Assembly: GCA_903887815.1 (NCBI GenBank)
Contig: CAISRK010000473.1
Span: 1-48,859 of the forward strand
Length of the DNA: 48,859 nt
Direction: 5' to 3'
From: an uncultured Bacteroidales bacterium
GTDB lineage: Bacteria > Bacteroidota > Bacteroidia > Bacteroidales > UBA4417
The position numbers and the translations under genes are program-made. This document shows positions 33,309-41,338 of this stretch, one piece after another; within the stretch, counting starts at the first letter, position 1; each line of letters starts with the position of its first letter. The notes under the pieces are model-generated. The model ran no database searches. It was not told where the DNA came from and worked only from the letters and a program-made list of their open reading frames with translations.

Positions 33309-35054
33309 TTATGGTAAAATAATAGTGGATTTTACTTTTAATCCTGCAAATTTTTCAACTTCTCCGAACACTGATTCCGGTGAAGCATCCCTGGCTTCGA
33401 TTATCAACGGATTTTGAAACATCCAGTTATCAAGAACAAGATCAAGAAAATTTTTCCGCACAGTAATAATCAAAGGCATCGAACAATTAATAATCAGTTC
33501 GTTAAGGCTGGCAGCCCAACCCTGGCCCTGCAATTCCCATGCCCCTATTTCATCAATAAGCACAATTTCAGCGTTCTTAACCGAATCAACTGATAAGGAA
33601 CGGATCCCCATCTCAATACCGGAAGGGAGGAAAAAATACCTGCCCACCCTTGGCATTCCAGGAACTTCTTCGATTTGCGAAAGTCGGACCGGCTGACCGG
33701 CAGGCAAAGCGGCAATGGCGTACCCGACTTTTTCATTTCCCTCGTATATGGCTGAAGCAATAATTCCTGATGTCCTGATTCCTTTTTCCAGGAACTGATC
33801 AGCCAGGTGCGAAATCAAAGTGGTTTTTCCGCTGCCAATTTCGCCTGTAATAATAATGACATTGCTTTTTTTCTTCATGGTAAGGGCCACTTTCTCGAGC
33901 CAGAATTCCGCCTGCGAAACAATCTGCCGGGTTACACCCACAGGTTTTCGGAAAATATTCTTCAAAGGAGGCAGGTTTGCAATTACAAAAGGAAGGGTTT
34001 CAAAAGCAATTTCAAGCGCCAAAGGCAACTGCCGGAACGAAGTTCGGATAAAGAAATTCCGTATGATGGGATTACTCAATTCCTTGCCAATAACCGAAAA
34101 ACCGACAATCATGAGGGCTGCGCGAAAGTTCATTTCCAAACCTATAAGCAATCCATCGGCAACCGACATGTGCGCCGATTGCAGGCTTGCAAAAAGAAAA
34201 CTCGAAATCATAGTAATAAAAACGAAAAAGATCCAGAATTTCGGTTTCCGCAAAGGATTAAGTGCGGTCCGGTAGCGGAATACCCAAACAGTGATTACAA
34301 TCAGACCGGAAACAAGCCACCAATAGGTGCCAGCAAGATTCATCAACAACAGAACTGCAACCAGGGCAAAGAAATCAAATGTGAGCCAGGAAAGCGAATA
34401 GTTTATTGATGGAGTTTGTCTTTTCGATTTTATTTCAGCCATACGGTTTTTATCCGAACTCAGCATAATGCGGCCTTGCAATAAAGCTGTCCGGCCAATA
34501 TAAATACCTAGTGTAGCAGCCAGTAACCCGAAAGCAAGGTAAAAAACCCAGAGCAATATAACCGGCATCCACACCGTGCCGAAGTGCATCTGGAGTTGCT
34601 TTTCAGCAAATTTCACCAGCGATGCATAAAGATCAACAATATTGAAACCATAAAAAATAATGTAGTTGGCAATTTTCTGGAAGAAGTTCCACGACATGGC
34701 AAGCAAACTTCCGGCCACAAAACCCAATATGTTTTTACCCATGATCCGCACCGAAAATTCTAGCAAAAGGGCTTCAAACAGTATGGCAATCATGGGTCCG
34801 AAAATAACCGCGCTGGGCGATACCGATTTCATAAGTGCGCATATCAGCCCTGAGCGCCATATTAAACCCTTTTCCTTCCATTGGTAACTGACTGAAATAA
34901 GAAGAATTACCCCTATCGAAGTCAGGAAGATGCTGCTGAAAGGCACATGGAGGTTATGAAGGAAGCTGCCAAGTACAATTTCGGACGATGCCCAGAGGCA
35001 TCCCAAAACGGCCGCTTTCAGCCATGTAATGCTAAGCTGCCTTTCAGGGTTCAT
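33309..35054 (-). CDS. Polytopic membrane protein fused to a C-terminal P-loop NTPase (THEP1/DUF2478-like)
   Basis: About 390 aa with around 9-10 hydrophobic helices. Then Walker A IIITGEIGSGKTT and Walker B-like IVLIDEIGAWEL, with THEP1-like spacing (VGRYFF between them). Overlaps the upstream gene by 11 nt. Confidence 0.7.
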   Translation of the reverse strand: MNPERQLSITWLKAAVLGCLWASSEIVLGSFLHNLHVPFSSIFLTSIGVILLISVSYQWKEKGLIWRSGLICALMKSVSPSAVIFGPMIAILFEALLLEFSVRIMGKNILGFVAGSLLAMSWNFFQKIANYIIFYGFNIVDLYASLVKFAEKQLQMHFGTVWMPVILLWVFYLAFGLLAATLGIYIGRTALLQGRIMLSSDKNRMAEIKSKRQTPSINYSLSWLTFDFFALVAVLLLMNLAGTYWWLVSGLIVITVWVFRYRTALNPLRKPKFWIFFVFITMISSFLFASLQSAHMSVADGLLIGLEMNFRAALMIVGFSVIGKELSNPIIRNFFIRTSFRQLPLALEIAFETLPFVIANLPPLKNIFRKPVGVTRQIVSQAEFWLEKVALTMKKKSNVIIITGEIGSGKTTLISHLADQFLEKGIRTSGIIASAIYEGNEKVGYAIAALPAGQPVRLSQIEEVPGMPRVGRYFFLPSGIEMGIRSLSVDSVKNAEIVLIDEIGAWELQGQGWAASLNELIINCSMPLIITVRKNFLDLVLDNWMFQNPLIIEARDASPESVFGEVEKFAGLKVKSTIILP

Positions 35055-35853
35055 TTACGATACATATTTTGGTAGCACAATAATTGAAGAGATGGAATCC
35101 TGCCGCCCCCTCGGCCACAAGCTCAAACATTTTACCGGCATCGGTAATGCGGGTTGAACCAATAATATTCACGCCTTTTGCAAAAAGCACATCAGGAAGC
35201 AGGCCGCTTGTGGGGCCGACCAGTATCACTTTTGTGTCCACGGGAATAATTTCAAGCAGGCGGTCAAGGGTATCGTTAGCCAGCGAGGCACCCGTAATGA
35301 TCACAATATCGGATTGTGCGATTACAGCTTCAGATTTTTCAAGCGGCACATAGTATTGGCGATAGTGATCGGGTACAGCATTTTCGTTCAGTTCAACTAT
35401 TTTCAGGACCGAATTGCTCTGCGATATTTTTTTTATGTACGATAAAAAAGCGCCAACCACGCATATCTGCTGCTTCTGCGCAAGATCAATTAATCCGACA
35501 GGATCGGCATTTTCAATAATCGTATAACCTTGTCCATTAACCAGTCCGGCCGAAAGGGCATTCATAGCCGCAAGCTGCACTGTCCTGACCAGGCAGGGCG
35601 GATCAGCCAGGTCAAATAAATCAGCGACCTTTTGTCCGGTAAAGTTTCCGGGTGTAAAACTGCCAAATCCCCTGTTGCGGTTATGGGTGCACGAATCAAG
35701 CCTGTCGGTTTCGTTTGAAGCAAGGCCGCAGTAACCGTTCGATAATTTTATAGCTGTAAGATAAATACCGGCAACAAGTTTTTCGATGGTGATATCATTA
35801 AACTCCCCGCTGTAACCCGATTTTATGATTTCTAAAGTTTCGTCAAGTATCAT
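35044..35853 (-). CDS. DUF4213/DUF364 (putative heavy-metal chelation, Rossmann-like) protein
   Basis: 269 aa. N-terminal VAGIYLTAIKLSNGYCGLAS-type segment and a C-terminal Rossmann-like half (ICVVGAF...DIVIITGASLANDTLD...VILVGPT), typical of this family as I recall it. Confidence 0.65.
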   Translation of the reverse strand: MILDETLEIIKSGYSGEFNDITIEKLVAGIYLTAIKLSNGYCGLASNETDRLDSCTHNRNRGFGSFTPGNFTGQKVADLFDLADPPCLVRTVQLAAMNALSAGLVNGQGYTIIENADPVGLIDLAQKQQICVVGAFLSYIKKISQSNSVLKIVELNENAVPDHYRQYYVPLEKSEAVIAQSDIVIITGASLANDTLDRLLEIIPVDTKVILVGPTSGLLPDVLFAKGVNIIGSTRITDAGKMFELVAEGAAGFHLFNYCATKICIVNEP

Positions 35854-36022
35854 GTAAGTACTTTATTCAATGCGAATACCCGTCGACCGATTGTATGTAT
35901 TTTACTTTGGACGGTTTAATAAGCTTATATCGGTTTTTGCCGTAAAATTATGACTTTGGAACGAACTTCTGTAAACAAAATGTTAGTTGAACAGGCATAA
36001 ATGAGTGCGCCAAGCATTAAAA

Positions 36023-36046
36023 AAAGCTGCCCGACCGGGCAGCTTT
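36023..36046 (-). terminator. Rho-independent terminator of the rhodanese-porin operon
   Basis: Stem aaagctgccc / gggcagcttt with a 4-nt loop, 23 nt past the stop at 36069. It is followed on the minus strand by tttttttaatg. Confidence 0.75.
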
Positions 36047-36068
36047 CAATTCAAACCTCAATCAAACA

Positions 36069-36923
36069 TCACTTCACCACCGGGTTTTCGGGCACCGAAG
36101 CCCATTCAGCATAAGCACCTGCATAAAGCTTCACATTCGGAAAACCGGCAATCTCTTTCAGTGCAACATATACAACCGCAGCTTTAATACCTGTCTGGCA
36201 GTAAACAACAATATTCTTTTCGGGGGTTGCTCCTGCTTTAGCCGCAATTGCTATAATTTCATCCTTTGTTTTATATGCACCAGTTGCCGTAAGCATATCT
36301 TTATAGTAAAGGTAAACAGCTCCAGGCAAATGGCCCTGGCTTTTTTTCTCCTTGTCCATTCCATTGTATTCATCGGGTTCGCGCACATCAAGCAAAAGTG
36401 CTTTCGGGTTGCTGCCCAGGGTCTTAACCGAAGCCATATCGATGTTCAGGGCAGGGTTGAGGGAAAGAACAAACGAAACAGCTTTGAGTGCAACAGGAGC
36501 CGAGGTCATAGGGATTCTAGCAGCCTCCATTTGTGCCGGATCCTTATGAAGCAGCCAAACATCATTGGCCCCCAAGTATTTAAGCACCCACCAAACACGG
36601 CTGTTATACTTCTGGGATCCATCGTCGTATAACACAATTTTAGCCGTGTTGCTTACACCTTTTTTGCCAAAAATGGCAGCCAGTTCTTCAGGCGATAAAA
36701 ACTGGCCTTCGATAGCTCCAGTTTTGTACAGGCTTTTATGCGCGATATTTACTGCTCCCTGTATATGCTGTTTTGCATAAACATCAGCAGCCTGCACATC
36801 GATTATAACCATGGCCTTGTTGCTCTTAAGTTCGGCTGCGAAATCCTTTGCCGAAACCGAAACCTGTGCTTTCGCTGACAACAAAGCCACACACGCCAAC
36901 AGTATAAGTATAGTATTTTTCAT
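36069..36923 (-). CDS. Periplasmic tandem-rhodanese sulfurtransferase (thiosulfate/3-mercaptopyruvate type)
   Basis: Sec signal (ILILLACVALLSAKAQ). The N-terminal rhodanese domain is inactive (VLYDDGSQ) and the C-terminal domain is active, with loop VVYCQTGIKAA. Confidence 0.85.
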   Translation of the reverse strand: MKNTILILLACVALLSAKAQVSVSAKDFAAELKSNKAMVIIDVQAADVYAKQHIQGAVNIAHKSLYKTGAIEGQFLSPEELAAIFGKKGVSNTAKIVLYDDGSQKYNSRVWWVLKYLGANDVWLLHKDPAQMEAARIPMTSAPVALKAVSFVLSLNPALNIDMASVKTLGSNPKALLLDVREPDEYNGMDKEKKSQGHLPGAVYLYYKDMLTATGAYKTKDEIIAIAAKAGATPEKNIVVYCQTGIKAAVVYVALKEIAGFPNVKLYAGAYAEWASVPENPVVK

Positions 36924-36941
36924 GATGCTTTTAATTTACGA

Positions 36942-38066
36942 CTAATTAATTTTTACCTGTAACTGAATGTAGAACAGATCATTGGAGGTTTCGTTGTAGT
37001 TGACAATATCAGTCGATGAGCTCGATTCAATATTGTAGAGGTAGTTGATCTGCACGCGGGCCCAGTCGTTCGGGTAATAATTAAGCCCGAAAGTCATTGT
37101 GCTAACCCTGTAAGCGGTATGATCGAAATCTTCCTTATCCATATCGGGATCGTATGTTTCGTACTTTACAAGAGGCATAAGTTTCCATGGCGTGTTGTAC
37201 ATAAGCTGGGCGTAATATCCATTGCTTTTGAAGTTACCAGCAACAAGTTCGGGGGTGGCACCACAACCTCCTCCGATAAGTTTCGATCCTTTATCCTGCC
37301 CGAACACATATTCAGCCTGGAAGATGAAATTGTATTTTTTCAATGTAAGGTCAGCTCCCCAGCGCATGCGTTCGTCCATATCTTTAACAGTAGGGTCGGG
37401 ATTTACGGCTTTACCGAACTGGTAGCTGCCACCAATGCTGATGGATTCGAATGGAGCTATGACTATACGGCCTATTATATCTTTAGCCCTGTCGATGTCC
37501 AGTGTATTTTTACCGGTACCGTTTGTGACTGACAGCGAATACGAAAGTAAATTTTCTTTCTCCAGTCCAAATATTTTAGCTGTTCCGCTTGTACCGCTAA
37601 CCATGATACCCAGGTCGCGGTCGGGCGAAGTAAGTTCATTTACCACTTTTGAGCGGTTAACGGTGTACAAATCCTGGCATCCCGTGGCTCCCAGTTCAAG
37701 TCCGAATGGTTTTTTAAACTGCCCCATCGAAATTTTAAACCAAGGTTTAAAGCGGTTATAAGTTATGAAAGCATCGAGCAGGTACGGCCCATTCTGGAAT
37801 GTACTCAGTTCGGCGAGTACATAGTACGAAAAGTCGTAAGGGATGTTCCCAGCCACACCAATCCTGGCCCTGCGGAAGCCGAAGCTCATTTGATTTTTTG
37901 ATGTCCCGTCGACATTATCGCCCAGGATTGAATATTTGAATTCCGGCTGTATGTACCCGATTATTGTCGGGCCCCCTGTGGAAGACGTCGGCTCCATGCA
38001 TCCCTGGGCGAAACTGTATGCCAATGGCAGAACAAATAAACTGACTATAATAAGAACTTTTTTCAT
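36942..38066 (-). CDS. Outer-membrane porin (OprO/OprP-like beta-barrel)
   Basis: I moved the start to Met17 (38066), giving signal peptide MKKVLIIVSLFVLPLAYSFAQ. Alternating beta-strand pattern, FGFRRARIGVAGNI motif, about 370 aa. Confidence 0.65.
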   Translation of the reverse strand: MKKVLIIVSLFVLPLAYSFAQGCMEPTSSTGGPTIIGYIQPEFKYSILGDNVDGTSKNQMSFGFRRARIGVAGNIPYDFSYYVLAELSTFQNGPYLLDAFITYNRFKPWFKISMGQFKKPFGLELGATGCQDLYTVNRSKVVNELTSPDRDLGIMVSGTSGTAKIFGLEKENLLSYSLSVTNGTGKNTLDIDRAKDIIGRIVIAPFESISIGGSYQFGKAVNPDPTVKDMDERMRWGADLTLKKYNFIFQAEYVFGQDKGSKLIGGGCGATPELVAGNFKSNGYYAQLMYNTPWKLMPLVKYETYDPDMDKEDFDHTAYRVSTMTFGLNYYPNDWARVQINYLYNIESSSSTDIVNYNETSNDLFYIQLQVKIN

Positions 38067-38129
38067 GGTATTAATTTTAAAAAAGGGAAGACAATGTCCC
38101 CCCCTTTGATTCAATATCCGATCTGCCTT

Positions 38130-39143
38130 TTAATTTGCAACAACGGCCCAGTTTTTGGGTCCAGGGTAAACTGTTTTTTTAGCAGTTTTCAGGGGATCGT
38201 ATACCAGGTGGTTTGCTCCAAAACCTATACTCTTGGCATTGTATCCCAGCACATTCAGCCAGAATATTGCTATACTCGAAGTCTGGCCGGTATAACAATA
38301 TACCTGTGCAGGTTTCGACGGATCGATTGTCTTTACAAGGTCGCCTGCAAGCGAAATCACGGGAACATCAAATGCGCCGTTGAAATGGCCGAGAGCGGCA
38401 TAATCAGCTGCTGACCAATAATTAATAATCTGGTAATTAGCCGGGGAAGTGAGCACATCAGCTCCAGCTGTTGTTGAAAAACCAGCTGTTAGAACCGCCT
38501 GTACACGTTCAGCTAGGATGGCTGCTCCATCTGTTGAAGTTGATGTCCAGACAGGTTCGGTGAATGTACCATTGGCCGGAGCAGCCGTAGTTACCCAGTT
38601 TGAATTAGCCACTGCAATATTGCCGTTGGCTGCAGTTTCAAATCCCGAATTACTAACCCATGGTCCTTTGTAGGATGCATTCCAGCCAGCCATACCCCAT
38701 TTTAATACAACAGCATTCTTCCAGCCCAGAAGACGCATTGCCATTACAGCCTGTCCGGCAGTTTGGCCAGTGTAACAAACGACAAGGATTTTTGCATCTT
38801 TTGCCAATGCAGCGGTAGTAACGGTTGTAATAATGTCTTTCAATGCCACATTGGTTGCATTTTTAATATGACCTGTACCATAATCAGTTGCCGAACGAAT
38901 ATCGTAAATGGTATAACCTGGGATAGTACCAGTAATCGAGTCAACAATTCCACCCATATTTGTTGATTTGGGATCTACAATCCAGCTTGTAGCAAGCGCA
39001 GGCAAATCGAGATTATTGGTCACCATGTATGTTTTCAGGGTGAGGTAAGCATTTACTACTTCCGGTTGATCTTTTTTACATGATGCCAGGAAGAGCATTG
39101 GAACCAGTGCCAAAAACAATGCAATTTTGATTAGATTTTTCAT
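38130..39143 (-). CDS. Lipoprotein with two catalytically competent rhodanese domains
   Basis: Lipobox LFLASC. Two active-site loops, LVVCYTGQTAG and QVYCYTGQTSS, each followed by the rhodanese helix. Confidence 0.8.
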   Translation of the reverse strand: MKNLIKIALFLALVPMLFLASCKKDQPEVVNAYLTLKTYMVTNNLDLPALATSWIVDPKSTNMGGIVDSITGTIPGYTIYDIRSATDYGTGHIKNATNVALKDIITTVTTAALAKDAKILVVCYTGQTAGQAVMAMRLLGWKNAVVLKWGMAGWNASYKGPWVSNSGFETAANGNIAVANSNWVTTAAPANGTFTEPVWTSTSTDGAAILAERVQAVLTAGFSTTAGADVLTSPANYQIINYWSAADYAALGHFNGAFDVPVISLAGDLVKTIDPSKPAQVYCYTGQTSSIAIFWLNVLGYNAKSIGFGANHLVYDPLKTAKKTVYPGPKNWAVVAN

Positions 39144-39301
39144 ACAGTTTGATTTTAAGATTTTACGTGAACTTGTTATGAATTGATTGATTGAATTTTA
39201 TATTGTTATTCGATTCACAAAGCTATTCTCAAACAGAGTCATTTATAAAAGTTGCTATACGGTTTACAATTGCAAAAAAACTGCGCTTCGTCAATAAAAA
39301 C

Positions 39302-39315
39302 ATGATGCAAATCAT
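39302..39315. promoter_or_regulatory. Perfect palindrome ATGAT-N4-ATCAT (CRP/FNR-type core) in the divergent promoter region
   Basis: atgatgcaaatcat, read directly, 51-64 nt upstream of the Crp/Fnr gene start. The TGAT-N4-ATCA core matches the FNR/CRP consensus. Confidence 0.35.
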
Positions 39316-39365
39316 AATATAATACATTTACTTTGTACTTTTAACCACAATATAATACTCTACCA

Positions 39366-40058
39366 ATGTCGTTAGCAGGCCCTGAAACGTGTGTTTCGTT
39401 TATATATGAAATTTCCTGTTTCGAATTGCTTACTCCTGAAGAAAAGGAATTAGTGGATTCGCGATCAGTTCTGGTAAATTATAAGAAAGGCGAGAACATT
39501 TGCAAACAAGGTTCGTTTGCATCGCACATTATGTACCTCGAAAAGGGATTGGTAAAGATTTTTCTGGAAGGCAACCCGAAGGACCTTATTTTATCGGTCA
39601 CTCCGCATAAAAACCTTATGGGGCTCCAGGCTCTTTATGAGGGCAACAATACTTTTCTATACAGCATAAGTACCTATACCGAATCCGTTGTGCGGTTAAT
39701 TGATATCCAGATATTCAAACAATTGCTCAAACAGAACCCTTTGTTTGCCTTCCGGATCATTAATATACTGAATGAAAGCACTTCGCAGTCGTACGGCCGT
39801 TTCTTCAGCCTCACGCATAAGCAGTTGCATGGCCGCCTGGCCGACATTTTGCTGTGTCTTTCGAGGAAAATATTTAAAGCCGAAACTTTCGACCTTCCTA
39901 TTTCACGCAGCGACCTGAGCGACCTTACCAGCATGTCGACCGAAAGCGTAATCCGGATTATGAAGGATTTTAAAGATGATGGAATTATTGATATTAATAA
40001 TAAAACCATAACCCTGGTTGATGTACCAAGGCTCGACAGGATCAGTGCTAAAGGTTAG
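39366..40058 (+). CDS. Crp/Fnr family transcriptional regulator
   Basis: N-terminal cNMP-binding-like beta-roll (YKKGENICKQGSFASHIMYLEKGLVKIF) and C-terminal HTH_Crp (ISRSDLSDLTSMSTESVIRIMKDFKDDGII). Confidence 0.85.
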   Translation: MSLAGPETCVSFIYEISCFELLTPEEKELVDSRSVLVNYKKGENICKQGSFASHIMYLEKGLVKIFLEGNPKDLILSVTPHKNLMGLQALYEGNNTFLYSISTYTESVVRLIDIQIFKQLLKQNPLFAFRIINILNESTSQSYGRFFSLTHKQLHGRLADILLCLSRKIFKAETFDLPISRSDLSDLTSMSTESVIRIMKDFKDDGIIDINNKTITLVDVPRLDRISAKG

Positions 40059-40062
40059 GGAA

Positions 40063-40126
40063 GATGTCGGATTTGCGATGTCGGATGTCGGATTTTATAC
40101 AGAAATAAAATCAAAAATCGCAAATC
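40063..40126. repeat. 5 x 7-bp array (GATGTCG/GATTTGC) plus a 10-bp inverted repeat
   Basis: gatgtcg gatttgc gatgtcg gatgtcg gatttta (40063-40097). gatttgcgat (40070-40079) is the reverse complement of atcgcaaatc (40117-40126). The element lies between convergent genes. Confidence 0.75.
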
Positions 40127-40127
40127 T

Positions 40128-40394
40128 TTAATCTTTGGGACCAAGAGTCCCGGCAATATCACTCAACCCGATCTGGTTATCGTATAAATCAAGAACATCA
40201 GAGGGATCGAGCAGGATCACACGATCGATTTTATTATCGGCCTGCCGGTACCATATTTCGGCATAAAAGCCCGACAAGGTGTACAGGTGAATATTATAGA
40301 ACAGATATATCCGGCTTAAGACATGGCGGCCTTTGCCGAAAAGCAATTCGACCTGGCGGAAAATGGTTAGTTTACGAAATTCGTCGCTTTTCAC
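40128..40394 (-). CDS. Hypothetical small protein
   Basis: 88-aa ORF with protein-like composition (FYAEIWYRQADNKIDRVILLD). No motif recognised. Confidence 0.45.
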   Translation of the reverse strand: MKSDEFRKLTIFRQVELLFGKGRHVLSRIYLFYNIHLYTLSGFYAEIWYRQADNKIDRVILLDPSDVLDLYDNQIGLSDIAGTLGPKD

Positions 40395-40569
40395 CTGGCA
40401 TTCCCCTTTAACATTTTGCGATTACCAAAATTACAGAATTTTAACCCTGGAAACAAGTAATAGTTCAAAAAGCAGCTGCATATCAATAAAACAGCAAATG
40501 GTCAGGAAATCACAAACCTGACAACATTTTTGTTAATTTTACCCCGAAACTAATCCCAAGAAACCTGTT

Positions 40570-41298
40570 TTGAAAAAACATATCCCGAATTTTATCACCA
40601 CACTGAACCTTTTCAGCGGATGTACTGGTATTATTATCGCCCTGACTTACCGCATCGATTATGCAGCATATTTCATAGCAATATCAGCTTTTTTCGATTT
40701 CCTTGATGGTATGGCAGCACGCCTGCTGCATGTAAAAAGTGAAATCGGCAAAGAACTTGATTCTCTGGCCGATGTAGTTTCGTTCGGAGTGCTGCCAGGA
40801 ATAATAATCTACCGGCTGATGGCTCAAAGTCAGAATATACCCATATCACTTGCCTATATCAGTATTTTTTCGCTCATAGCCCTGGTTATCCCGGTTTTAT
40901 CAGCCGTACGATTGGCCAAATTTAACCTCGACACACGCCAGACTACTTCGTTTATAGGGTTGCCTGTACCGGCGAATGCGCTGTTCCTTGGATCACTCCC
41001 GTTGATTCAACAGCAGTCGTTTAATACAGAGTGGCTTGCATGGCTGTCCTTTTTCACTGACAATTATTATGTACTTGCTATTATTGCTATCGGAATGAGT
41101 TTACTGCTTGTTTCGGAAATACCTCTGATTTCGCTTAAATTCCAAAACCTGAAATTTGCTGATAATAAGCCACAGTTTATCCTGGTAGCATTTGCTGTAA
41201 TTTCATTTGTACTTTTAGCCTACACAGCCATCCCGGTTATTATTCTGGCTTATATTATAGTTTCATTGATTTATAAACCTGCAGCTTCGCAGGGATAA
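40570..41298 (+). CDS. pssA: CDP-diacylglycerol--serine O-phosphatidyltransferase (CDP-alcohol phosphatidyltransferase family)
   Basis: Signature DFLDGMAARLLHVKSEIGKELDSLADVVSFG (D-x2-DG-x2-AR-x8-G-x3-D-x3-D). Polytopic. TTG start. Confidence 0.85.
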   Translation: MKKHIPNFITTLNLFSGCTGIIIALTYRIDYAAYFIAISAFFDFLDGMAARLLHVKSEIGKELDSLADVVSFGVLPGIIIYRLMAQSQNIPISLAYISIFSLIALVIPVLSAVRLAKFNLDTRQTTSFIGLPVPANALFLGSLPLIQQQSFNTEWLAWLSFFTDNYYVLAIIAIGMSLLLVSEIPLISLKFQNLKFADNKPQFILVAFAVISFVLLAYTAIPVIILAYIIVSLIYKPAASQG

Positions 41299-41338
41299 AA
41301 AGTATTTGATACAGGAATCTTTCGCATGATTTCTATGC

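Noticed and set aside
33807-34409. 200-aa and 151-aa plus-strand ORFs (33807-34409 and 33820-34275)
   Set aside because: Both are antisense to the membrane::NTPase gene, which has clear Walker motifs. Their basic, low-complexity translations are typical of shadow frames.
35854-36022. Molybdenum-cofactor riboswitch upstream of the DUF364 / NTPase / mobA genes
   Set aside because: Reading the minus-strand leader, I could not find the conserved Moco-motif stems or sequence blocks. An Infernal scan would be needed to exclude it fully.
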